A stretch of 26,815 bases of DNA from Eledone cirrhosa (Eukaryota): positions 1 through 26,815 of the forward strand of contig CAXHJY010000802.1 in assembly GCA_964016885.1 (NCBI GenBank). The letters are read 5' to 3'. A program made the translations under genes and the position numbers. This document shows positions 14,958-26,815 of the stretch, in pieces. A model generated the notes under the pieces. The model saw only the letters and a program-made list of their open reading frames with translations, was not told where the DNA came from and made no database searches. Positions within the stretch are counted from its first letter, which is position 1, and each line of letters starts with the position of its first letter.

Positions 14958-15347
14958 TCATACATACATACATTTATGTATACCTGCACAAAACCATAGA
15001 TGCTTCATTTACAATTGTAATTCTCATTTTCTTTTTCATATTGAATGAGTGGTATTGCATTTTATGTATGTTAAATATACATGAAATACATTGTTCCTAT
15101 ATAAATATGTATTGGCAATTCATTCATATATCTGACTCTTGAAAATCATATAAAAGTAAAACGAAAGTAAATATGAATACCGTATATTTATTGGTTCTTA
15201 CGTAGTCATTTAAACAGTACACTAGATATAATATTGCAGAAAATATATTGAAAATTTCTTATTCATTTCATATTGAACCATTAAATTTACATGATATTTT
15301 TTTATTTATGAATTTATTTTGTTAAAAGCTTCGAATATTCATATATT

Positions 15348-15351
<4 letters not shown>

Positions 15352-15425
<74 letters not shown>

Positions 15426-15571
15426 CACCCTTAGGAAACAATATGTTTGGAGTTATCCTTTTTTGAAATATTCTAATTGCTGCTACAACTATGTTTTATA
15501 TAATTTGTATGTAGAAGGTTAATATAGAAGCTTGTACTCTTGCAGCTATGCATCATATATGCGTATATACA

Positions 15572-15616
<45 letters not shown>

Positions 15617-15651
15617 TATGTATGTGTATATATATATATATATATACAGTA

Positions 15652-15704
<53 letters not shown>
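15352..15704. repeat. two (TA)n tracts (15352-15419; 15575-15704, with duplicated CAGTATG interruption)
   Basis: Seen directly. Confidence 0.9.
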
Positions 15705-15712
<8 letters not shown>

Positions 15713-16461
15713 GCTTTTAATAACCACATACTGAGTATGTGTGATAAATCAAACGGATCGAAACGAGACAATGAACAAACGGGATTTCAAAAAAGTGACA
15801 GAGGGAAATGGGGGCCCCTGACAAATCAACAGTAACAACGCCATTTTCAGGTCTTCCAACGATTTCGTCACGTAACATTTCGGGAAATATTACTGATCCT
15901 GTAAGAATATGAGTTATCCAAATCTGGACTGAGTTGTTCAGAAAAGACGAATAACACGAAAGAATTTACACCATATACGCAAGTCGCAAAAACAGAAAAA
16001 CGAGTAGTTTGAACGGACAATACTAGCTGGCATTGAATCATTGCCTGGTAGCAACAATATGACTCTGGTACGGTCGTGATATTTAGAAGACAAATAAAGG
16101 CAACATGGGTTAGATAATACTGCAAAAAAGTAAATGTGCTAAATGGAGTCATTCACATATACATCTATCTCGGGGATTGGGTCTACAAGACCACATGAGT
16201 AGAAGTTTAATTAGAGCTGGAAGATAGACAACATATATGGATCTCCAGAACGATGTATACTAAATAACAGGTGAGAGATCAGTGTATGGGTTGGGATATG
16301 CTATAAAACATATGTAATTACATAGGTTGAAAATTGGATAATGCATAAACAAACAAAGAAGTACAGATACGATAGACTCCCAAAACGAGAACATGACTGT
16401 GCTAACTAAATACATAGGTTATAGGAGCATATATATGATACACGTAGATGATCATATTAAC

Positions 16462-16467
16462 AAGAAG

Positions 16468-16499
<32 letters not shown>

Positions 16500-16589
16500 G
16501 AAGAAGAAGAAGAAGAAGAAGAAGAAGAAGAAGAAGAAGAAGAAGAAGAAGAAGAAGAAGAAGAAGAAGAAGAAGAAGAAGAAGAAGAA
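16462..16589. repeat. (AAG)n microsatellite
   Basis: About 42 units with one interruption; explains the poly-L and poly-S ORFs. Confidence 0.98.
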
Positions 16590-16595
16590 TAGAAT

Positions 16596-17135
16596 GACCA
16601 TATAATTTCAATGTGCAGTCCTATAGCTGCAACCGAATACCTAAACAGGCATGACAGAGCTGCACAATACATACATTGGATAATGTGTAAGCATTTTGAC
16701 CTGCCCCATCAAAAGAATTGGTGGGAGCATCAACCACCTCCCATACTTGAAAAAGATCACATCTCAATCTTGTGGAACTTTAGCATCCAAACAGACCGAA
16801 AAATAGATGCAAATAGAGCTGATATAATATTGAAGGACTTTAAAAAGAGGGTATGCCTGCTAATTGATATGTCTGTTCCAATAGACAAGAATGTATCTAT
16901 AAAAACATTTGAAAAACTGAGCAAGTAGCAAGTATAAGGACCTGGAGATAGAAATGGAAAAATGTGGAAATTGAGAACTAAAACAATACCACTGGTTGTA
17001 GACGCTCTGGGAATGATAACTAAGGGGTCTAATGATTACTTATCACAAATCCCAGGAAACCCGCGTATAGGAGAAATACAAAAGATAGTACTAATGGGAA
17101 CTGCCCATATACTAAGGAAGATTCTGTCAATATAA
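16596..17135 (+). pseudogene. disrupted C-terminal RLE endonuclease coding region of the R4/Dong element
   Basis: A 7-bp tandem duplication AGCAAGT (16920-16933) creates the stop that ends ORF 16611..16928. A 1-bp loss in the A-run near 16958-16962 follows. The catalytic PD motif reads AD. Confidence 0.85.
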
Positions 17136-17278
17136 GTACATCACAAGTCTAAACACTAAAGATGCACGTGTGAGTATGTATGTTCTTTCTTGAACATGGC
17201 GGACCTTGTTGTCTCTTGAGGTCACTGGTTGTGACTTGGTGATAACTCGTATGAACATAAAGCAAGATAAATGCAACT

Positions 17279-17310
<32 letters not shown>
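16596..17310 (+). mobile_element. 5'-truncated R4/Dong-clade non-LTR retrotransposon (restriction-like endonuclease domain, 3' UTR, (AAT)10 tail)
   Basis: DHIISMC (end of CCHC knuckle) - YLNRHD - WNFSIQTDRKIDANRADII (cf. NRPDI) - LIDMSVPIDKNVSIKTFEKLSK/YKDLEIE - MWKLRTKTIPLVVDALG - IQKIVLMGTAHILRKILSI*, with the stop at 17133-17135. Tail at 17281-17310. Confidence 0.9.
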
Positions 17311-17312
<2 letters not shown>

Positions 17313-17330
17313 GAAGAAGAAGAATAAGAA

Positions 17331-17361
<31 letters not shown>

Positions 17362-17402
17362 AAGAAGAAGAAGAAGAAGAAGAAGAAGAAGAAGAAGAAG
17401 AA

Positions 17403-17478
<76 letters not shown>

Positions 17479-17479
17479 T

Positions 17480-17516
<37 letters not shown>

Positions 17517-17590
17517 AATTATGATGCTGATGTTGATGATGCTGTTGCTACTGCTGGTGCTGATGATGATGATGATAAATTATGATGATG
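17311..17590. repeat. compound (AAG)n-(ATG)n microsatellite
   Basis: Seen directly; explains the poly-K/poly-M ORF 17206..17667. Confidence 0.97.
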
Positions 17591-17848
17591 GAAGCGAGGG
17601 AATGAAGGAGCCACTAACACCTCCCAAACAACAAGCAAACCATACAATTGCAATTAGTAAACACTAATTGATTTTCGTTTCAAATCAGTCGCTGTCTGAA
17701 AATTATGCATTTGCAAGTTTTAAGATGGAAGTTAATTAATTTAAAAATTAATGTCCAATCAATCCACAGTCGGTCTGTCATCTTAGGAAAACATATTTGT
17801 TTCATTAATGTTTATCCCTCTGTTATTCACAATTCTATTTCTCTCACC

Positions 17849-17879
<31 letters not shown>

Positions 17880-18382
17880 TTTCTTTTCATAAAGAGAATA
17901 GATGTTCATTTTTGATTATATTGAGACAATGATCTGATGCAAAGAAAATGAAACGATAGAATTGGCAATAAGAATAACAGTTACACATTTTTCACGGTGA
18001 GAGAAAAAATAATACAAAATATAAACAAACGACGACAGATATGGTTGTAGAGATTGTAAGCAAGTCACGCGCATTTAAGAGAAGAAAACAAATGGCAGCA
18101 TTCACGTAAGTGCAAGACAACTATTCTGACAATTTATTCGATTTAATTTATCTTAAGAAAATATTCAGTACTCTGTGTTAGATTGAGATATAAATTAATA
18201 GTGCGCTAGGGAAATAATTAGTGTGATAATGATGGAAAAAATGCATGGAGTTATATTAGACAAAGGAAATATAATGATGAAGAGAGGAAACTTCAGAAGA
18301 TTTCAATGATAACCTATGAGTGCAGAAATCCAAATAGAAATAATTTAAAATATTCAGCATGAATGAAATGAAGTGCAATCTT

Positions 18383-18449
18383 AAAAAAAAAAAAAAATAA
18401 ATAAATAAATAAATAAAGAAATAAAATAAATGAATAAATAAAAAAAAAA
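18383..18449. repeat. poly(A)/(AAAT)n tract
   Basis: Seen directly. Confidence 0.9.
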
Positions 18450-19065
18450 GCACGGAAAGAAAACTGTAAGAGCAATTCCCAGATTAGCCATTAAATTTAC
18501 CTCGCAAATGTTGCAATTAACGAGTTTGCTAATTATTTTGTTTTCTAAGTTAATTCGTTACTTTACAATTTAAAGCAATAATTAACACACACACATATAT
18601 TTAACATTCAGCAGTTACGTGCAAATACTCAACACAACACTTAGGAAAGAGGTCATGCAGGCTTGATTACTCGTATAGTTGCTGAAGAATTGTGCACCAA
18701 TTTAACTAAAAAACATTAGGTACGTAGGCATATTTGTTTTCTTAAATTTTTCTTCACCTTTACATACAACAGGATCAAATACTCAGATGCATTTATATGA
18801 TATATATTATCCTCCTACATAATATATGTGATTTCTGTGCGGAAGGCCTATTTTCAAGTTTTTTTTTTTCTGAATTATTATTATTGTATTCTGTACCACC
18901 ACATCTATGATGTGTCATATTTACATACACGAGACCTGCATTTTTCAACGTTCTACGGCATATATCAATGATAAGAAGATTCGTAATAGTTTGCTGCTTT
19001 AGAAATAGCTGGACATTGAAACGTCATTGTCATAAATATACATTTAACTAAAAACGTGCTACTTT

Positions 19066-19160
19066 ACACACACACAAACACACAGTCACACACACACATA
19101 CACACACATACACACACACATACATACACACACACATACACACACACACACTTACACACA
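19066..19160. repeat. interrupted (CA)n microsatellite
   Basis: Seen directly. Confidence 0.93.
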
Positions 19161-19259
19161 GACACCAGATATATACAATTTGTATATACTATCCATTTGC
19201 TATATTATACATTATCCCGATAGCTGATTAAATTCCAAATAAATATTATAAATATAGAC

Positions 19260-19319
19260 ATTAAGAAGTCCATTAACATTCTATTAAGAAGTCCAATAAC
19301 ATCATTCTAGAGTCCATTA
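19260..19319. repeat. ~23-bp tandem repeat, about 2.5 copies
   Basis: ATTAAGAAGTCCATTAACATTCT / ATTAAGAAGTCCAATAACATCATTCT / AGAGTCCATTA. Confidence 0.8.
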
Positions 19320-20653
19320 TCTTTAAATTGTGATCCATTCAAGAAATACAAAAAATACATATTTAACTTTTACGTATTCGTTTCAGCATTTTTCAAATAT
19401 ATATATTAGATACGCTTTCATCTATTGTCTTGCATGTGCACCTGGTTAATCGCAGAATTGCATAACAAGTTAATTTGTTTTAAAATAAAATCGAATGATA
19501 TTTAACATGATGGATTATATTTTCCGTTCTTGGAATACTAACTGTTTATTAGAATCTTAGAAACAAGTAAAATCTTTAGAGGATCACAGGAAGTTAATTA
19601 AGATCCGAAATGATTTTTCTTTTTCATTTGTTAAAACAATTTAATATTTTTCGAACATAAGAAGATCGTATTAGTATTTTTAATTACAAATTACATACGG
19701 TTCAACATGTGTATGCCGCACGATGTTTATATATAAATCAGAAATGAATTTAAAAACCTTTAACATAACTTCAACAATATTAAATTTATTTTTACATTGA
19801 TGAGTTTAAAGAATGGGTTCCCTCTAGTGATGGCTTCGTGAAAGGGTCATTTAACTAACGCAGAAACGAATATGCTATATTAGCTTTTCTCTATTATGTG
19901 GTATACTTGTATAACATGAAAGAATAGAAAATGAGTAAAGGTCTCAGTTTCGTATTTCCTTCTTAGCACCGCGAATTGACCCTTCATGGAATTAATAGAT
20001 TCCGTCCAATCTTATGCTGTAATATCCAGTATATTTGACGCAATAAATAAGACCGTTACTTCAGACGTAACACTAATATGTGAATTATATTAACAAATAT
20101 ATTAATCTCTTTTGAAATACGTCGTTTTATATTATTTTATTACAAGATTTAATATTCGGACAAGAGAAAGGCTGTCGTAATATTTTCGTCTGGTTGGATT
20201 TCCCGATTTTATTGGCCGTGTCCAAAGTTCTAGCCTCACTAGCACTGCAGGATCCTGCACGAGATATTGTGCTTATGGGAAGAGCGACTACTCAGAGGCC
20301 ATTCTACGCTTGCAACTGTTTGCTACAGAATCCTTACAAATATTATTGTAATTTCAGCAATATTTCAGCGTATTAAAATAAATCCTTGCGTAAATGTGGT
20401 TTGGTTTCATCATCTTTTTCTGAAGCAACGGTGAGCATCCCATTACATCGAAATTTTTATATTTCTAGAATTGATTTAATATATTACGCAAAGAAATGCA
20501 TATTCACGTACATTAAAAAATGTAAATATTCTAAACAAAATTGTATGTGGTTAAGCTATATCCTAACAGAATATGTCGTTTGATAACGATACGGAAATAG
20601 GTACGTGGTGAAGGTATAATTACATAAAAAATAAGAAAAAAGCAAATTGTGAA

Positions 20654-20656
<3 letters not shown>

Positions 20657-20723
<67 letters not shown>
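20657..20723. repeat. (TA)n microsatellite
   Basis: Seen directly. Confidence 0.97.
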
Positions 20724-20727
<4 letters not shown>

Positions 20728-21609
20728 TACATGAGGGCTTATATTCGCTGCAGTAAATGATTAAATAATTCAAATCCACACAATACTTATAGAAACCAAA
20801 ATGTATATTCTCTCTCCTTAAATAAGACGGAAGGATTTGAAACATGGTATTTTCCTAAGGAAAGTTGTCATTAAGACGTTTTTCGACGCAATATTATACG
20901 AAAAACAGCATTGACGGTTGGAATAATATGCTTCCAGCAAGCAGTGCATTTAGAGGATTTCCATCAACTAGGCAAAATTGGCTTGCTGACAGCTTCAGGA
21001 AAACCAACTGTGAAAGTGTCATAGCTATTATATATCTAAAACTATATAATTCTGTAGATGTAGAAGAAATGACTTTATGATTGTATTCTTTAGAGTGGAG
21101 GAAGACAGTCAGTAAGATTGCTATGCTGTAAATGAAGAAAAATTAAGTTCATAGGAAATATGTCAAAGAAAGACAATAAGATCATACGCTTCATCAAAAT
21201 TATATGCATATGGTATCATTACAATATAGGTAAGGCAGCGATAGTCTATGTTGTGGAAGAGCCATATAATGGGTTATATATATAACATAATAGAGTAGAG
21301 TTGGAACATAAAATTAGAAGAAAAAGAAACAATGAATAGCGAGAAGACACATATACAATTAGATGGTTAAAAAAATATATTAAAGAAGAAATGTGCGATA
21401 ACGTGAAAATTAAGGAAAAAAAAAACAAAACATTTTCGCAATGGAAATGAAAATCTGTGAGTTAAATTCGTAGGAAGTGAGATTTACTGTCACGAAAAAC
21501 TATAAACTTGTATGAACTAACATTATATACATCTCTCTCTCTCGCTTCGTCCCTCTCGCACTGTCTCCCTAGATCTCTATATAATATACACATACGTATG
21601 TGTGTATGT

Positions 21610-21940
<331 letters not shown>

Positions 21941-22399
21941 ATTTTGTTCATGTACATATATATGAATAATGTGCCAACATCTAGCTGTCTATCTATCTGG
22001 AAACAGATAGGAAAGGGAAAACGTTGAAAAATTCCTAAATCTTGAAAAACTACAACGTTAAGATGAAAAAGGTTTAGTAATGAAATATCACCTGAATATA
22101 TCACGAAGAATTGACAGCGTGCAAGCAAAATGAATGTAAGGAAAGCGAAAAAACGAAAATAAAAAAGTTCCGCACTGTAAAATACGATAAGAAGTTGTTG
22201 AAAACGAATTTAAAGATATAATGTACTATCAAAATTATAGTGAGTAATTGGCGCTCACATTGCACTTCTCTCATACTTAAATATATATACATCCACACAC
22301 ACTCACACACACGCACACATTCACCCACCCACACCCACACATACACAAACACACACACACAGACTGGAGATTCCATTTTTTCAGGGTATGTCAATATTT

Positions 22400-22533
22400 A
22401 TTTATAAAACTAGCCTATATTATATTTTATCTGATCAAAGCGCACCATAGTTTCATTGGTGGCCCTTGAAATATTTATATGAAATAAATATAGTTTTATA
22501 AATATAGTTTGCATTTGTTAGCATATTGTATAT
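22400..22533 (+). repeat. dispersed repeat copy 2 (paralogue at 8502-8630)
   Basis: See copy 1. Confidence 0.75.
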
Positions 22534-22617
22534 TTACTCCAATAAGTTCTTGAGTGCTTTATATCAGTTATAAAAATATGTTGCTTGTTGTATCCCAACA
22601 AATCAAATATAACCTCT

Positions 22618-22660
<43 letters not shown>

Positions 22661-22823
22661 AGTTTATCCAGGGTTCAATCGGGGGTAACCGCAGTAAGTA
22701 AGGTACTCAATACATGGCGGCGTATAGATATTTCATATAGAAATGGCTTCTACATGACTAGATCTGTTTCATTCGGGAGAAATTCTACCGAATGTAACAG
22801 TTCTTGTCCTGTAGAAGCCATTT
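22661..22823 (-). mobile_element. TA-anchored Penelope- or retrozyme-like terminus ending in a fold-back hairpin (22741-22823)
   Basis: Starts at a (CA)n(TA)n run. The 36-bp arms 22741-22776 and 22788-22823 have 4 mismatches, with a further AGAA/TTCT pair inside. The minus strand of the left arm has GAAAC-AGAUCUA-GUC directly after the apex stem. Confidence 0.55.
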
Positions 22824-22826
22824 ATA

Positions 22827-23298
22827 CAGTATTTCTCCACCCTATCACCATAATTAACCACACAAAAAATCAATTAAACGAGCCTATAACTTTAAACTGT
22901 ACCTATGAAGAAACAATAGATAAATAAATGATAGCTATTTTATCCGCGATCAAAAGCTACAGCATATTTACCTACTATTTCTAATAGCCCGTAGAAATTG
23001 ATTAGACATATAGCCAACCATACACAATTAGGTACAAAATCGAATAATTTTGGTATCTTTATGTACATTTTTTCTTCTAACATTGATTTTGTACCTAATA
23101 GTGTATGATTGGCTATATGTCTAATCAATTTCTACGGGCTATTAGAAATACTAGGTAAATCTTCTGTGGCTGTTGATCGCGGATAAACCAGCTTTCATTT
23201 ATTTATCTATTGTTTCTTCATAGGTATATTTCAAACTTATAGCCTCGTTTAATTGATTTTTTGGTGGTTAATTATGCTGATTGGGACGAGAAATACTG
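22827..23298. mobile_element. Tc1/mariner-type MITE (472 bp) with ~215-bp terminal inverted repeats
   Basis: TA|CAGTATTTCTC ... GAGAAATACTG|TA. Arms are 22827-23041 and 23085-23298 (19 substitutions and 1 indel by manual count) around a 43-bp spacer. TA duplication and CAGT ends are characteristic of Tc1/mariner. Confidence 0.75.
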
Positions 23299-23455
23299 TA
23301 TATCTTTTATCAAATGATTCTGTGGACTTACTTTCTTATATATTGCTCTGATATTTAATTAATTAATTCGCCATTGAACCACACCGTGAATGGTTGCCAA
23401 AAACACATATATATCTATATATCTCTGGCTCTGTCTATTGTATGTATATGTAAAC

Positions 23456-24470
<1,015 letters not shown>

Positions 24471-24684
24471 CATTTCTCCGGAATATAATTTATACTCGTT
24501 GAGCAAACCTGCACGTACGCTGTTCATCTCTAACGTAACGATATATTATTACTACATTATTGATAACCTGAAATTTTATATATATATATATATGTTTACA
24601 TATACATAAAATACAGAGCCATAGATTTATAGATATGTGTTTTTTGCAACCATTCACGGTATATATATAAATATATATATATAT

Positions 24685-24993
<309 letters not shown>

Positions 24994-25035
24994 AGGTGTA
25001 TACATATATATGTATATGTGTCCGTGCGTGTGTTT

Positions 25036-25428
25036 ATAGGTCCGTATCCTTCTATTTGTAGACTTTCTCCATTTCATTCATAGATGCTTTGACGTCTATA
25101 GTATATAGAGACTTATTAGAAAGTATTATCTTCTTTGTGGACCTTGTGTATTATATCTGGTCGGTTGGATGTTATCTCACTGCTGCTCTGAAATCTTTAT
25201 TTTTGTGAGTATGGGTGACCACTTTTCTCCATTGTTATATCATAGTATTGACATACCTGTGTGTAAATCTCAGCTCTCTCTCTCTTATATGTGGATATTC
25301 ACGTCTTGAGCCGGAGACAAGTTTCTTAATGTTTTCTTCCACATGCCAATATATTCTGCAATTGCTGCCTCCTGCTTCATTATACATTTTAGTGACCTAG
25401 GCAGAGGCAGCGTGGATCTTATGTTGCA
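25036..25428 (-). pseudogene. old, decayed R4/Dong-type zinc knuckle plus RLE endonuclease fragment
   Basis: Minus-strand translation across frameshifts: AT*DP (cf. AAQDQ), SNCRIYWHVEENIKKLVSGS (cf. CRxC..ETxxHIVSGC), VCQYYDIT, EITSNRPDIIHKVHKE (NRPDII = 25149-25166), [20 protein letters not shown]. Same motif order as the 16596 element. Confidence 0.75.
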
Positions 25429-26763
25429 TGTTGTTTAAAGGGTACACCTAACAATTGATTACGAAACACGGCGTTGCAATATCGAAAAATTAATTTCATA
25501 GAAAATATTTCGACTATAGATGCTAATGAACGTTTGCAAGAGCCGTCCGAATTTAAACCGACGCATATTTATAATATGTACCTTTCTACAACTAATCTTC
25601 TTTGGGAGCATGTCTTCACAAACCAAAAGATTTGCACTAATCATCTTCCTAAATGTATATACCAATAATAATCTAGTTACATAGAGAAGATATTAGTTTT
25701 GAAATGTTTATAGCTGTATCATTGCTTAATGACACATTTTCTTACAATACTATTTCCTAGCACCAAAACAAATATGACCAAATTAGATGATGGCACAAGG
25801 TCTTTGGCCCCAAAGCAGCCCTGGCAAATAGCAGGTTCGAAACAGAGTCTGGCCTCAACCCTGTAATAGAAATCAATATTATTACATTTACAGTTTTTCA
25901 TTTCGATTATCACTGTCAATGGTGCACATTACGGATAATATATATTTTTCTAGTTTAAATGAAATATATTATTGATATATGAACATTCAGTGTACTTGAA
26001 ATTGTTCACGAACAACGGATTTTCTTTTAAAATGAAACGAAATGAAATACAAAGATATAAGACTTAGATTGATTCAAAAGCTAATGGAATTTGAAAGGTA
26101 ATTTATTATAGTATTCGTTAGGATATATTGCTTCTTCATTTCCTATAAACAAAATATCAATGGTATGATATTAACGTCATGGCTTAGAAAATATATTTTT
26201 CTAAATAATACATCTCCATTCTACTGCTATTACGAAAACATAATTTGGATAGTATTCAAGAAATAAGTACTGAGCTCTCATGAAGGCTGGCGATGTTGGG
26301 AAGAATGAATGTGCTTCAACAGTCTCTGGTTCGTAATGTCACGATCGAATGCGTCATCATTACACATTGTGTAATATTAAGACAGCCTAGGGGAGTCTAA
26401 CTGTCTTGAATCGTGACCCTTGGGAGAAATTGAATTTCGTTCTAAAGTTAATAAAATACTCGACTATTGTATATTATTTCTGGCATTTAAAGCAAACACT
26501 GTAATATCCCATGTGAATCTATTTATAAATACGAAGTAATATTAGTGATAGCTCTGGGGTTAGTTTCCCACGTAGGCAGAGGCGCCGATATTTTATATTG
26601 ATCAATTAGTAAATATATACAAGTAAATGTCATGAAAGAGGTAATGCTGACACGCTAAACCTTTTAATTTAAACAAAAAATGAATGTGGTGACACACATA
26701 TACAAACGTATTTGCCTACCCCCATATATAGATACATACCCACACACATACATACCACCCGCC

Positions 26764-26766
<3 letters not shown>

Positions 26767-26811
<45 letters not shown>
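26767..26811. repeat. (CA)n microsatellite
   Basis: Seen directly. Confidence 0.97.

Positions 26812-26815
<4 letters not shown>

Noticed and set aside
16175-16310. GLQD ... VYGLGYAIK, resembling the LINE AP endonuclease motif GVGFAIK
   Set aside because: Only one reasonable motif; could be chance.

Overview
AT-rich, microsatellite-saturated eukaryotic non-coding DNA. An invertebrate, probably cephalopod (Octopus-like), origin is inferred from the SINE and the TA/CA/trinucleotide repeat load; this is not verified. No intact protein-coding gene is supportable, and most listed ORFs are microsatellite read-throughs or chance ORFs. Recognisable content: two full tRNA-derived SINEs with target-site duplications plus one decayed copy, two 3' fragments of R4/Dong-type (restriction-like endonuclease) non-LTR retrotransposons, a Tc1/mariner-type MITE and a tRNA-like head. 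The most interesting signals are two. (1) A 593-bp, terminally redundant, (TA)n-embedded element carries a complete type I hammerhead ribozyme with a compensatory U3-A8 core (retrozyme or Penelope-like). (2) A 2.2-kb cluster (22661-24817) of nested fold-back palindromes includes a 902-bp spacerless palindrome; several members are hinged on or contain hammerhead remnants, and their arm mismatches are skewed towards transversions and pyrimidine-pyrimidine pairs.
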